This document shows, in pieces, positions 42,101 to 55,444 of a DNA stretch of 64,000 nucleotides (position 1 is its first letter; each line of letters starts with the position of its first letter). The position numbers and the translations under genes are program-made. This DNA is from Eledone cirrhosa. Its lineage: Eukaryota. Location: contig OZ024745.1 in assembly GCA_964016885.1 (NCBI GenBank), positions 37,882,001-37,946,000 of the forward strand. The letters are read 5' to 3'. The notes under the pieces are model-generated. The model was not told the DNA's origin, ran no database searches, and saw only the letters and a list, made by a program, of their open reading frames with translations.

Positions 42101-44961
42101 CGTGTATACATATAATTAAATAAACGTATATAAATAAATAAATACGTATATAACAAGCGCACACACATACCTACATGTAAATACACATATGTTCGGTGAC
42201 GTACGACAACCAAAACACAAAGTACACATATACACACACCCTACATACGTACGAACCCGCGTACAGACACAGACGCAAAACTCCAGTATACACATAACCA
42301 AAGCATATGTACCAGAATATATAATATATACGCCATAACATATACAATCAAATATACGTACGAGAAAGTATACGTACCTTCATAAAACATACAGGTAATA
42401 TATACTTACCTATAAAAATAAGTATAAACATAACATATACTTAGCTACCACATCAAGACGTAAAATATCCGCGTATAGTTCGTACTATCCGTTAGGGTAT
42501 AATGTGGGGCTGTAATACAGGAAAGTTTTGTGCAATTTATGTTTACAAGCCGAAACTGCCTCAGATTTTTTGTTTAAGATGTCGTCTTTGGCGTAGAGTA
42601 TTTCCAGGGCCTCAGCGGCGCAGAGGTCACATGGTCTTTTATTTCCGTAATACGATCTAGCCCTAGCTTGGATCTCCCAGTGTAACTTATATTGGGTGTG
42701 GTTGTCTTTTAGACTCCAGATATAAGCTGAAAATGACGTCATATTCCTTCTTAAAGGGTAACGAAAATAATGGGTATGTATGTAAAGACGCTGCTTGAAT
42801 CTATTGGCGGTTAACCCTATGTAGGCCCTCCGGGACGTGGGTGTTTCAACCTTACATTTGTAGACAATGTTACTAGAGAGGCATTTCCCGGATAGGGGGC
42901 AGTCAACACGATCGCTACAATTATAGTTAGTACTAACTACAGAGTTGCACTTGTTCCTACGGCTAGGTAGTTTAGCTAAATTTGAAGCTGTGATGTTATG
43001 TGCAAGGTTAAGAGTCGTAGAGTAAGAAATTTTAATAGTATTTCTATTTAAAATTTTACTATATTTATGTGTAGGGGGAAAATGCTTCGTAATAAGAGAG
43101 AGAAAGATCTTAGCTAATGGTGTGGCCACCTCCATATTATATGGTGGGTTATACCATATAATGCGTCGGGATCTATTTCTTCTAGGTCTATTCTCGTACT
43201 CTGTATATGCTACTTTATCGACAAATCCACTCCGAGCAAGAGCTACATTGTAATATCTGGAATGATCGTTGAAAATATGCTCATTAGAGCATATTTTCAA
43301 CGACCATTCCACATATTACGACCATAGACGGGAAAGCTTCAAAGAAACGTTTCTTACCAGATTCTTGGTTATGCTGACAGGATGGTTAGAATGCTTACTT
43401 ATGTAATTAAGCGTATCATTTGGCTTTCTATACGGGTAATGAAAGCCATTCGATAAATTGAGGGTAACGTCGAGGTAATTAACGACCGAGAGGTTGGCCT
43501 CAACCTGTATGGAGAGGTTGAAGCCTTTAAAGAAGGCTGTGAGTTCTTTTCTGAACTTGTCGCAAGTACGTGGGCCGCAGTTAGTCATGGTCAAAAGACC
43601 ATCATCACGGTACAAACCACTGCCCACGTTGGGGAATTCTTCCTTGATAGAGAAAAGAAGGAAAAGGCCGATAAGATCAGTTACCTCCGCAGAATCGCTG
43701 GCGCCCATACTCACGTCGAATGGGGTACTATTAGATTTTTTAATCCAAATAGAGTCGTCGAAATTAATCACCGACTTACTGGCATTGAGGATGACATCAA
43801 CTTCGAAATCCTTAACCACTGTGAGTGTTTTAACGAAATTGATAGCTCCAAGGAGAAGTGGTAAAGTAATGGAGGAGTAGTAATTATTGATGTCGAATTG
43901 GATAAAACGGCAGTGTTCCTTGCTGCATACGCCGTTGAACCAATCAATCACCGCGAAAGAATTGTTCCACAGTGCAAGAGGGCCAAAACTCTAATTTCAG
44001 GTATAATTCTATCAAGAATCGTTTTACTAAGTCTACCTAAATCGGACTTCGTAGGGTTAATAAGCCGAATAGAGGGGTTGTTTGGAAAATTGGATTTGTG
44101 ATCCTTCAGGGTAAAGTGGGGAGAAATAGAGTCCAGAGGTTCAGTCCGGTTCAGGATGTTGAGATCAGAGGTGATTTTAAACCCAGCATCGTTGATTTCA
44201 TTTATGACGCCCCGATTAGTTTTACAGTAATCCTTAGTTACAGCATTATGTAGAAGTTGATGGTAAGTACTGCGCGCCACTTGATATAGATTGCCAGTTT
44301 TGTCGGAATGGACGTGCACGGCATTAGAATCCTTAATAGAACGAATTCTATTCTTCAGGTCCTGCTGGAAGGAATTGCTCCTATTCCGAAATTTGATACT
44401 CCGTATGAGTTCCAAGACATCATTTTCGAAGGGTAGCAATGCTGGGTTACTCGGAGGGTTATTATAGGTTTTAAACCAAAATGTATCCTGTTTGTTGTCT
44501 GCTTTTCCTTGATTATCGAAATAAAAGGCTCGCCAACGCAATCTTTTAATGAAAGCGTCTGCTTTCTGTATCAGGAGTTTTAGGTATGTTTTCCTGATTG
44601 GTACGGATATGTTCTTTGTAGAAATATTTAGATGACGTATTATATTCGTTTTTCCCCGTTCTTTGCCAGGGAACGTATCCACGAACCAAAGAATCGTCCT
44701 CCTGTCTTCCTCCGGTTGCAACGTTTTTTGAAATATTAACTTCTGCATTCACTGATTGACTTTGTTAGTTTCAGCAGATCCAGTTAAGGGTGAAAACTGC
44801 GATTCTTTGCTTACACTTTAATCTGTCATTTTAATAAATATTTACACTAGGGTTCTTATATATTTGATATATATTTATCCTTATCGAGCCCTCTTTGGAT
44901 TTTAGTCTTCAAATTTATTATTATTACTATATATATACACACACACATATATATATATAAT
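41344..44961 (-). mobile_element. Near full-length Naiad-like Penelope element with inverted termini
   Basis: N-terminal STKNISVP..FIKRLRWRAFYF; RT QFDINNYYSSI, MGASDSAEVTDLIG, LYRDDG; GIY-YIG CPLSGKC..VYKC..YIGLT; 41345-41560 is inverted at 44632-44845; one frameshift and one stop. Confidence 0.93.
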
Positions 44962-44977
44962 TTGCCTTAATAATCAC

Positions 44978-45089
<112 letters not shown>

Positions 45090-45198
45090 GTATAGGATTA
45101 TCCTAGATGTAGTAATGGTTAATTACTACACTGGATATGGTTGACGTACGGTGAGAGGTTTCTCTACTTAGTTCCTGATCCTTCTGTATTCCGGAGTG

Positions 45199-45524
45199 TA
45201 TATAAAGAATGAATAATAAGAGGTAGACATCATAAAAAGGTAATTTATTCCGTGTGCTTACAAATGTTTCCACGGTGGTCCTACAGCCTAGTTATGCTAT
45301 GTGCAAATTTACAACTATTTGCAGAACTCAAATATCCAATGCTGTGACCACTGTATCCTCAGAGCAGAAATGAGGATACAGTGGTCACAGCATTGGATAT
45401 TTGAGTTCTGCAAATAGTTGTAAATTTGCACATAGCATAACTAGGCTGTAGTACCACCGTGGAAACATTTGTAAGTACACGGAATAAATTACCTTTTTAT
45501 GATGTCTACCTTTTATTATTCATT

Positions 45525-45533
<9 letters not shown>
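45199..45533. repeat. Fold-back palindrome, ~163-bp arms, 9-nt loop; tail 45087-45198
   Basis: tatcctca-gagcagaaa-tgaggata centre; about three mismatches; (TA)n on both sides. Confidence 0.93.
45255..45366 (-). ncRNA. Type I hammerhead ribozyme with a long stem II
   Basis: TGCT-CTGAGGA-TACAGTGG...CCACCGTG-GAAAC-ATTT-GTA-AGCA followed by AATAAA. Confidence 0.72.
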
Positions 45534-45569
<36 letters not shown>

Positions 45570-45944
45570 AAGGGTGTCCCAAAAATGGTATACACACATC
45601 ATCAGCATACTAATAAATATTGCTTGTACAGGTATTCAAAGTGTGTTGTGTATACATGTATTGGGGATATCCTATAAATGTATATATATAAACAAGGAGT
45701 GTAAGTCAACAGGTTAACATCAATTTCGTATATTCATATTCGCTGTTAAATATATTTTGGTGACAGCCATAAGGAGACAGCTTCGACCTAATCCGACAGC
45801 TAGATTTTGAACAGAAAAAAAATCAGAAAAACATAATGATGGAATAGAATGAATCTACCTCTGTTATTTCGCTTTTTTTAATATTCTCAGTGCTGTTTTC
45901 TCAAATCGCATATGTATATACATTATATATATATACGGCAATGG

Positions 45945-46002
<58 letters not shown>

Positions 46003-46104
46003 TGTTCGCTATCTCAGATCTCCCTATCTTTACTCTCTTTTGCATTCCGATTGTTCGCGTGACTAGGCTCTGAAGAGCTTATACTCAGCACTGTGTTTAT
46101 TAAG

Positions 46105-46147
46105 CTCTGAGGAATCCTACCAAACGGTGTGGATGAAACATTGTAAG
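46105..46147 (+). ncRNA. Minimal hammerhead motif in a short insert between (TA)n tracts
   Basis: CT-CTGAGGA-ATCC..GGAT-GAAAC-ATT-GTA-AG then AATAAA; stem I is only 2 bp. Confidence 0.5.
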
Positions 46148-46328
46148 GAAATAAAAACTGTTTGAGTATGTAAGCGTTCTTTGGTTTCTTCTAAATATAT
46201 ATATATATGCATTTATATATGTAATTAAAAATATGTCGGGCATATAAAGGACACAGAAATCTCGGAATAGGCAGAGACATGGACAGGTCCAGAATAAAAG
46301 AAATTAGCGAAATTTATTAGTGTGAGAT

Positions 46329-46432
<104 letters not shown>

Positions 46433-46703
46433 TATAGACAGTTAGATAGGTAGATAGATAGAGTATTAGGTAGATAGACAGAGAGATGTATTTGATATCC
46501 GAAGTGAATTTTTGAATTCTTTGAAATCGTATATGAAGTATGTGTTTGTGTATGAAGTATGTGTATGAAGTATGTGTATATATGTATGTGTGCACACATA
46601 CATATATATATATGTGTGCATATGTATGTGTGTATGTGTGTATGTGTGTGTAAGATACAAAGCAGGCTTTGCATATAAAGCAGCGTAGATTTGAACAAGA
46701 GAA

Positions 46704-46912
46704 TAGTAAATTGAACTTACGCCGTATTTGACTAGATAAATTAGTCTATTAGTTAGGATTTAAAAAAAAAAACCGTAATGGAAAAAAAAGGATGAGTAGT
46801 GATATACATAAACATCATCACTCATCACTTTTTCCATTATGAGGGGTTTTTAAAAATCCCAACTAATAGACTAATTTATGTCGTCAAAATGCTGCATAAG
46901 AACAATTTACTA
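46704..46912. repeat. Older, diverged fold-back palindrome
   Basis: ataaattagtctattagtt / aactaatagactaatttat and flanking complementary blocks. Confidence 0.75.
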
Positions 46913-46928
46913 CCTATATATATATATA

Positions 46929-47195
46929 GTAGTAATAATAATAACTTTGAAGACTAAAAACAAAAGAGGGCTCTATAAGGATAAATATATATCAAATATA
47001 TAAGAACCCTAGAGCAAATATTTATTAAATTAACAGATTAAAGTATCGTCGTCCTGTTTTACTTCGGTAGCAACGTTTTTCGAAATACTTACTTCTGCGT
47101 TCACAGATTAATTCATTTAGTTTCAGAAGATCCCGTTAATGGTGAAAGCAGCGATTCTTTGCTTAAACTTTAGTCTGTTATTTTAATAAATATAT
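46929..47195. mobile_element. Solo head-to-head Penelope termini of the same family as 41344-44961
   Basis: 46929-47044 is the reverse complement of ~44815-44930 including the tail; 47045-47195 matches ~44693-44845. Confidence 0.85.
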
Positions 47196-47354
47196 ATACA
47201 TATATACATATATTGATTATGTTCTGGCTCGTTAATTTATTAACCTGTAGTTGTTGGTGTTAGAGAGATCTCCCTTCTTTGGCACTGGGACGATGTTACT
47301 GATCCTACACTGATTCGGGGCAACTCCTTTCTCCAGTGCTCCGTTGCAGAACCC

Positions 47355-48545
47355 CAGGATGATATCATCCAGCCTGAGATGGAGAAGAAGCTCAGGGACA
47401 ACCAGAACGGCTTCAGAGAGGGTAGATCAACCACCAGTCACATTCTGATGCTGAGGAGGATATTAGAGGGAGCTAGAGCAAAGTGCCTTCCTGCGGTCAT
47501 GGTTTTCATTGACTTTAGGAAGGCCTTTGATTCTGTGGACCGTTACTGCTTGATGAAGATCTTACAGGCTTATGGAATCCCCAAGAAGATAGTGGACCTG
47601 ATAGCACTGCTCTACACCAACACCAAAGCCCAAGTCATTACACCTGATGGGATGACAGAGTTCTTTGAGATACTGGCTGGAGTGCTCCAGGGAGATACAT
47701 TGGCTCCATACCTTTTTATCATCGTCGTGGACTATTATATGCGCCTTGCACTGGAGAAACACCAGGACTCTGGCTTTACTGTAGCACCGGCTCAGAGCAG
47801 GAGAGTTAGGGCGAAAAAGGTATCGGATGCTGAATTTGCCGACGACATAGTTTTGGTGACAAATACAGTGAAAGAGGCAGAGGATTTGATCCGGGAGGTT
47901 GAGACTGTGTCGATGAGTGTGGGGCTGAGAATGAATGAAACTAAAACAAAATATCTGGTAGAGAATGTTGAGAAGCCAGAGGGGATCACTAATGTAGGCG
48001 GGAAGCCGCTGGAATTGGTTGATGACTTCCTGTATTTGGGAGCAAAGATTGGGAATACGGAAGATGATGGGCGGCGTGCCACAGATTGAGATGGGTGTGG
48101 AAGTCGGACCTTTGTAGAGACCTGAAAATCCGCCTCTTCATTGCTGTAGTGGAGTCTGTGCTGCTGTATGGGTCTGAGACTTGGACACTGACCAAGAAAC
48201 TCACTCAAATGGTAGATGGGTGCTACACAAGAATGCTGAGGATGGCTCTGAACATTAATCAGTATACACTGAGGATGAAAAACTCAGAGCTGTATGGGAG
48301 CATCCCAAAAGTCAGCTCAAGAGTGACACAGAGGAGACTGAGGTTAGCTGGACATGCTCACCGACATCCAGAGTTGACATTGCACTCAGTGCTCCTTTGG
48401 GAGCCCCTACATGGACACACTAGAAGAGGAAGACCAAGGTTAACGTATGTTGATGCTCTAAGGACAGACACATGGCAGCGATAATGAGGGACAGAGACCG
48501 CTGGAGAGAACTCGTCCATGGATCTCGGGAATTTTACCCGCCTTA
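47355..48545 (+). mobile_element. 5'-truncated RTE LINE
   Basis: QNGFREGRST, FIDFRKAFDSV, GVLQGDTLAPYLF, FADD, YLG and LLYGSETW. Confidence 0.92.
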
Positions 48546-48902
48546 GAGATTATATATATATATATATATACCCACACACATATATACATATATATATGGA
48601 GAAAGTTATAGTTCACTTGTATATATAAATGTGTGTGTGTGTATTTATATATTGAAGAATTACAGTCTGCCTGTAGAGCATTGCCGTTTCAACTTATATA
48701 TATACTATTGCCCTGGTGTGTCTATGAATGATATATTTTAGCATTTATATATCCGTACAAGTAATTATAGGTAATTCACTTCTAATCAATGTTTGTAATT
48801 GCTAAGATTGTTTACTTTATATTCTACCATGATCAATTTACTGATATGGAGAGTATATATATATGTATGTCTGTATGTATGGGTTTATTCGCATATGTAT
48901 GC

Positions 48903-49006
<104 letters not shown>

Positions 49007-49328
49007 AGGAATTGGATTAAAAACATCAGTGAAGTGTTATATGATTGGCATAGTCTTGAATATTTCCACTTTTCTTTGTTTGATATTATTACTATGATGC
49101 TGGATATGCACCATTTATTTTCACCGATGCCTAGTTTCTAACGAAACAATAATTGTTTCTACTTTTGGCACAAGGCCAGCAATTATCCAGTGCATTACTG
49201 GTACAACGAAACAATAATGAAAAGGAAAACTAATGGAGATCATTTGACATTCTTTTCGTCGATAACATTTTAATTAGGCACATATAATTCAATATACATA
49301 CGTGCAAACCACCACATATACCACTCCT

Positions 49329-49365
<37 letters not shown>

Positions 49366-49396
49366 ATATCTATCTATCTATCTATCTATCTATCTA

Positions 49397-50280
49397 GTAT
49401 TTGTCCCCCTTGGAGAATCGCTGGACATGGAGGAGGACCAACTGGCCAGCCTGTTCGGTAGGACTTTCGGCCCGGGACCAATGGACAACTTCCAGAAGTC
49501 ACTAGCCTGGCAGTGCTACCGGGGGGCTCTACCCGTTCGAGAGAAGCTCTACAGACACGGGCGCTCGGGCAGGGGTCCCTCGAAAAAGATTTGCCCTAGA
49601 TGCGTGCGTCACGAAGAAACCGTTGCGCACGCATTAGTGCAATGTCCGGGCGTGGCTGATCTGTGGGGCTACGCCGAACGACTGCTGTCGCGGGTGGCGC
49701 CGATTCAATTGACCGCCGAGCCCGTGATGACAATCAAACCGCCTCCCCTCTTCACAAAGGAAGCAAAGGCGGTTTTTCTGTGCGTAATTAGCCATGTTGA
49801 AAGAGGTTGTTTGGTGGACACGATTGAAAGGTCTGAGGTCAGGCAACTTCCTCTCTGGCCATAGTCTGGTCTACTTCTTCCGATATCACTTCGGAAGAAG
49901 GATAAGAATGGAGAGAGAGGTGCTTGGCCACAGGCAGTTTTATGAAAGGTGGGTGGTAGTGGCGAGAATGGCTCGTGTAAATGGGCCTTCTCTGTATACC
50001 ATCCTATAGGTAAAGAAGTGAAGGAGAGGGGAGCACCTTCTCCATGTGCTCCCCGGGCAAAGGATTGCACACTTTTTCGGGGGTGTGTGCAACCCCCATC
50101 ACGTCCCCTCCCTTTGGAGGTTGTTTTCGATTATTTTCATTTTATACCCTTTTTACTCGATTGTATGTAAACTCCCCCTTTGTATTTGTCCCTTCTTTTT
50201 ATGCCTTTATGGTAAATAAAGAAATATATCTATCTAGTATTTGTCCCCTTCTTTTGTGCCCCTGTGGCTAATAAAGAAAC
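49397..50280 (+). mobile_element. 5'-truncated Tx1/L1-like LINE plus an extra 3'-terminal stub, inside a (TATC)n array
   Basis: C-terminal CPRC..EETVAHALVQC finger; 3' end TAAATAAAGAAAT; homologous to ~54540-55364. Confidence 0.85.
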
Positions 50281-50284
50281 ATAA

Positions 50285-50350
<66 letters not shown>

Positions 50351-50405
50351 ATCTATCGATCTATCTATCGATCTATCTATCGATCTATCTAACTATATAT
50401 CTATC

Positions 50406-53400
50406 TTCAAGGCGAAATCGAAATCGTCTTGAAAGAGGCAATGCCGGAAATACAACACATACAAAGGGCTAAACTGTATGGAAGCATTTCGGTGCTCTTC
50501 AAAAGTGAGGCCCTTGCGAAAAAATACTCAGTGACCCAGGTCACCTCTGCCACACACAACTTTTTCCCTACATACATGGGAAAAAGAACACAAAGAATAA
50601 ACATCACCAATATACCACCCAACATTAACATCTGGTGGATTCTGGCAGGGTTCTTGGAGGAAGATGAAGACACAATACTGTTGATTAAAAAATCCACAAG
50701 AAACTCCTGGAACGGCACAAGCTTGGAAATTTTGGTCCAAATGAAACCGGACAGAATTTCCAAGATACCAGAAAGGGTGCCAGTAGACAATACCAATTAC
50801 ATCTACATTTCGGCAGATGGTTGGGAGGCCACATTGTTTTAAATGCTCGCGCACATCGCATTTAATGGCCTCCTGTCCCCTCTTACGAACCCCCCCCCCC
50901 AAAAAAAAAGTACTTTTACCAACACCAACGCCAAAACCACAACAACAACACACAAAACAAGTAAACACACAAAAACAAACAACTGTTCAACCACAAACAA
51001 CAGAAAAAACACAAACAATTCCCCTGAAAAACACAGTCCCACCCCATGCCACTCCATCCAACACTACCACAATCACACACACAAACACACCATCACCACA
51101 CAACATGCCCATCCCACACGCTTCTGATGACGAATCATCACCAGACGAGGCTACTTCTCCATCTCCAAGTGAAGATGAAGCAGAGCCTCGTAAAAAAAAA
51201 AAAAGAGACACCACAAACCCACAAAACAACAATCACCAACACAAACACACAACCACCAACACAAATACCCCCCCCCCCCCCTACCAGCAAAACAAACACC
51301 AACACCACCCCAAACACAAATGCCCACCATGAAAAGAAAACTACAAAATGAACAACAAACCAAAACAACACAACAAAAAAACAAACAACAATACACATAC
51401 ATTAACACAAACAACAAAACCTAATGGAGGTCATCTCCCAAGTCCCCAAATTAGAAACTGAGGGGAAAACGTTTGTAAAAGCAAACTCTCAACCACACCT
51501 AAAACTAATAAGGGTTTCGAGAGAGACCTATCAGACATTGAAAGAAAAGTTTTCACAGGACGTTGGCAACCCCTGCCAAAAAACAATAAACCGTGTCTTG
51601 TTGAAATGTTTCCCCACCCTAGTCAACACCCCCACCAGAACTGAAATGGAGATTGAACAACTCGATCTCCAGGAAACGAAAAGGTAAGTGCACCTTTTCG
51701 TCCTTTTTGCCAACTCTTCTCCACCGACATGGCTGACTTACGAGTTGGAAGCGTGAATGTGCGTGGCCTAGGGATGCCCTGGAACAGGGCCAACTTTTAA
51801 ACGACCTTAGGTCACACGGCATAGATATAATAGCCATCACTGAGTCCAGGATCCACAACAGGCAGCAACTAACCCCCATCTTCAATGACTTTGAGGTATA
51901 CGCATCTCTCTGTCAGCCGGGAGGTGGCGGGGGGGGGGGGGAGTGACTGTCATGTTTCGAAAAAACCTGGATCTCGAAGTACAGCAAGTACACTTGGAGC
52001 CGGAGGGTAGACTGGTGGCCCTAGACGTGAACAGTATTGGAGGTGGAGCCTTCAGACTGGTGGCCGTTTATGCCCCGACCGGGCAATCACAATCGCGGCC
52101 AGACTTCTTTAAGCGTCTGGAGTCTTTTCTGGGAACGTCTCGCTCCTTGCTTTTAGTGGGGGACTGGAATGGTACCCTAGATGCACGATGGTACTATGTG
52201 GGAGCATGTCCCAGTAGAGCGGGGTGCAACAACCTCAAAAATCTAATCGGCCAATTCCAACTGGCCGATAGATGTCGACTAGATTTCCCAACTGCACCAA
52301 AGTGGACGTGGGCAAACCGCAGCAGGACATCTAGAATCGTATCAAGGTAGATGTTTCATTAGAGAAAAGGACAAGAGGATGTTAAGCTGTCCACAAATTC
52401 ACATGGTTGCCTATTCAGATCACAAACTAGTCGTCTGCATAGCCAACCGTGATAGAATACATAGACAAGGACCCGGATATTGGAGGCTGAATGTGTCGTT
52501 GCTGGCACGAAAAGCCTACAGTGAACGGATAAGTATATTAGTTAAGCAAGAGTTGACGGGAGCCATCGTCAACAATAGATGGTGGTACTCTCTCAAGAGA
52601 GCAATTAGAGTAGAATCGATAGCGTTTAGTAGAGAATTAGCCTTAGAGAAAAACAAATCAGAAACAGAACTAGTGGCCAAAGTAGAAGCGGCGCTTAGGA
52701 GTGGCAACGCAGCTAGAGTCCTAGCATCGGGAATAGCACTAGACCAGTTCATCGACGCGAAACACGAAGGCTGCGTGGTCAGAAGTAAATCACGTGCTCT
52801 AGGAAACGAGGGAGCAAAAGCTGTTAGCTGGGCCCGAGTGGCGGAAGCGAAAAGTGGCAACTAGTCCACGATTCGGTCTTTGAAAGACCTAAACGGACGC
52901 GTGCTAATTGACCCCAGGCAGATGTGCGAGGCCTTTCAGTGGCACTTTGCGCGACTGTTTGAGCAGACCGACGGTGCACCGAACGGGGCAATGGGCTTTG
53001 GTTCATACCTCGACAGCCTGCCACGTCTCTCGAGCATAGACGCTGAGTACTGCGAAAGACCGATCACGGACACTGAGATACGGGACGCTCTGGGCCTTGC
53101 CGGAAACGCAAATCACCCGGTCTAGATGGTCTACTCTATGAGTTTTACATAGGCATGCCGGACTTGTTCTCTGGCGTCCTCGAAGCCGTCTACTGCAATT
53201 GGCAGCAGAACGGGACTACGGGACAAGGGAGTAGTAACGCTGATCAGGAAAGAGGAGGACAAGGGGGACGAAATAAACAATTTCAGGCCCATAACTCTGC
53301 TCAACATAGAGATAAAGATTTTGGCCAAGGTGCTAGCAATGAGGTTGGCGCTTGTCGTCGAAAACCTGGTAGGGAAAGCGCAAACGTGTGCAATCCCGAC

Positions 53401-55362
53401 CAGGTCCATACACGAGAACCTCCACCTCATGCGATACATCATAGAGAGGGTGGGGTGTAAACCCGGCTTCGGTGGGGCTCTGATCAATTTATATCAGTCT
53501 AAGGCGTTCGATAGGGTCGACCATCGATACTTGGAAGCGGTTCTCAAGGCGGCCGGTTTCGGTCCCGTTTTCAAAGGCTGGATCGAGGCGATGCACACCA
53601 ACATCTGCTCGAGGGTCAAGGTGAACGGCTACCTATCGGAGCCGTTCGAAATGACGTGTTCCATTCGACAGGGGTGCCCTCTCTCCCCGATTCTGTACGT
53701 ATTGACTCTAGAGCCACTACTGCGGAAATTGGAGCTGTTGCAGGGCATCCCTCTAGAACCGGAACTGCGCAAAGCGGCATTGGCTTATGCCGACGATATT
53801 ACGGTAATGGTGTCGAGCACCTCGGAAATCGGGGTGATCGGAAACTTAATGAAAGAATACGAAATGTTGACGGGAGCAAAGCTAAACCCGGACAAGTCTG
53901 TCGGTTTGCAGCTCTGTATATGGAGAAGCAACACGATGACGTCCAACAGCGTCGTTGGACGCTGGACGGGCGGACCGGTGAAAAACTGGAACTAGGTCAC
54001 GGCCAAGGTGTTTGCGCTCACCCAGAAGTGGACAGAGTGCAAACTGTCCTTGAAAGGTCAAGCGGAGCTGGCGAACACTTTCATAGCGTCCGTCATCTAC
54101 TACCGCTTGACTGTCGTGCCTTGTCCCCGTGAACACCTCGCCAAGATGGAACGCATGCTCTTCCAGTTTCTGTGAAAGAAGCAGGCTCCGCTGGTGAGGA
54201 GATCCGTCTGCACCCTTCCAACGGAGGGTTGGGAATGCCGTGGCTGATGATGCGCAAACATGCGCTGTGGCTGCGGCATCTCCAGGTATTCAGGTATTCC
54301 TCACCGACCCGCAACTGGTGTGGGCACCGTTTGTGAGACAGGCTTTCCCGCAGCTCGTCTCGCTGACGGAGTTGCAGTCCTGGGTCAAGAAAAGACCGAA
54401 AACGATGGGCGCCTGGTACATTGAATGCGCTCAGGCTCTCACAGTCCTCTGGTAAGAGGGCACAGCAATCAGTGGAGACTCCACTTCGACATTCTATAGA
54501 GGGATTGTACGATACAAGTGAGACGACGTGCTCAGAGAGACTCTGGGCGTCGAAGACGATGAGCTCACCAGTCTGTTTGGTAGGACTTTCCGTCCGGGAT
54601 CTATGAACAACTTCCAGATATCCCTGGCCTGGCAGTGCTACCGAAGAGCTCTACCGGTTCGGTTAAGATCTACAGGCACGGACGCCCCGGCAGGGATCCT
54701 TCCAAGAGGACGTGTGCAAGATGCGCGCAGGACATTGAACCCGTCCTGCACGCAATTATACACTACCCGGGCGTAACCGACCTGTGGAACTATGCAGAAC
54801 AACTGTTGTCGCGTATGGGACAAATCCAGTTGACTGCCGAGTCCATAGTAAGGATCAAACCGCCAGCCTCTTTCAAAAACGAAAGAGACGCGGTTTTCCT
54901 CTGTACAGTGGCTATGGTGAAAGAGGTTATATGGTGGACGAGATTGAGAGTACTGAGGACTGATGCCTTTCTCTCCGGACAACTATTGATTCCCTTCTTT
55001 AAGTATCACTTTAGAAGGAGAATCAGAGTGGAGAGAGAGGCACTACACCCCAGTAAATTTACTGAAAGGTGGGTGAATGTGGCAAAAATGGCCCGAGTGA
55101 TTGGGCCTTCTCTGTTTATAAGCCTGTAGGTTAAAGAAGAGAGCAAAAGGAAGAAAGGAGCACTTGCACAATACGCTCTTGGAGTTGAGGGTTGTTCTAT
55201 CGACGGGGTATTAAACAACCCATTTGTGGCGCTTCGCCCCTATTGCGGATTTCGATTGTTGTAATTGTTTGTTTCATATTTTTTTACACGACTGTATGTA
55301 AAATCCCCGGCATGTCTTGTATTGTCCCCCTTTTCTTTTGCGCCCTTGTGGTAAATAAAGAA

Positions 55363-55364
<2 letters not shown>
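50406..55364 (+). mobile_element. Nearly full-length, frameshifted Tx1/L1-like LINE flanked by (TATC)n
   Basis: ORF1 with CFKCSRTSHLMASC knuckle; ORF2 APE endonuclease (NVRGL, ITESR, GDWN, SDHK), RT (SKAFDRVDH, RQGCPLSP, YADD) and a C-terminal Cys/His motif. Confidence 0.92.

Positions 55365-55444
<80 letters not shown>

Noticed and set aside
42485-44630. Selenocysteine-encoding Naiad
   Set aside because: The conserved Cys positions I checked use ordinary codons, and the one internal stop is TAA inside the fold-back insertion.
44632-44748. ATG-initiated N-terminus of ORF 43948-44748
   Set aside because: It is antisense read-through of the inverted terminus, not part of the RT protein.
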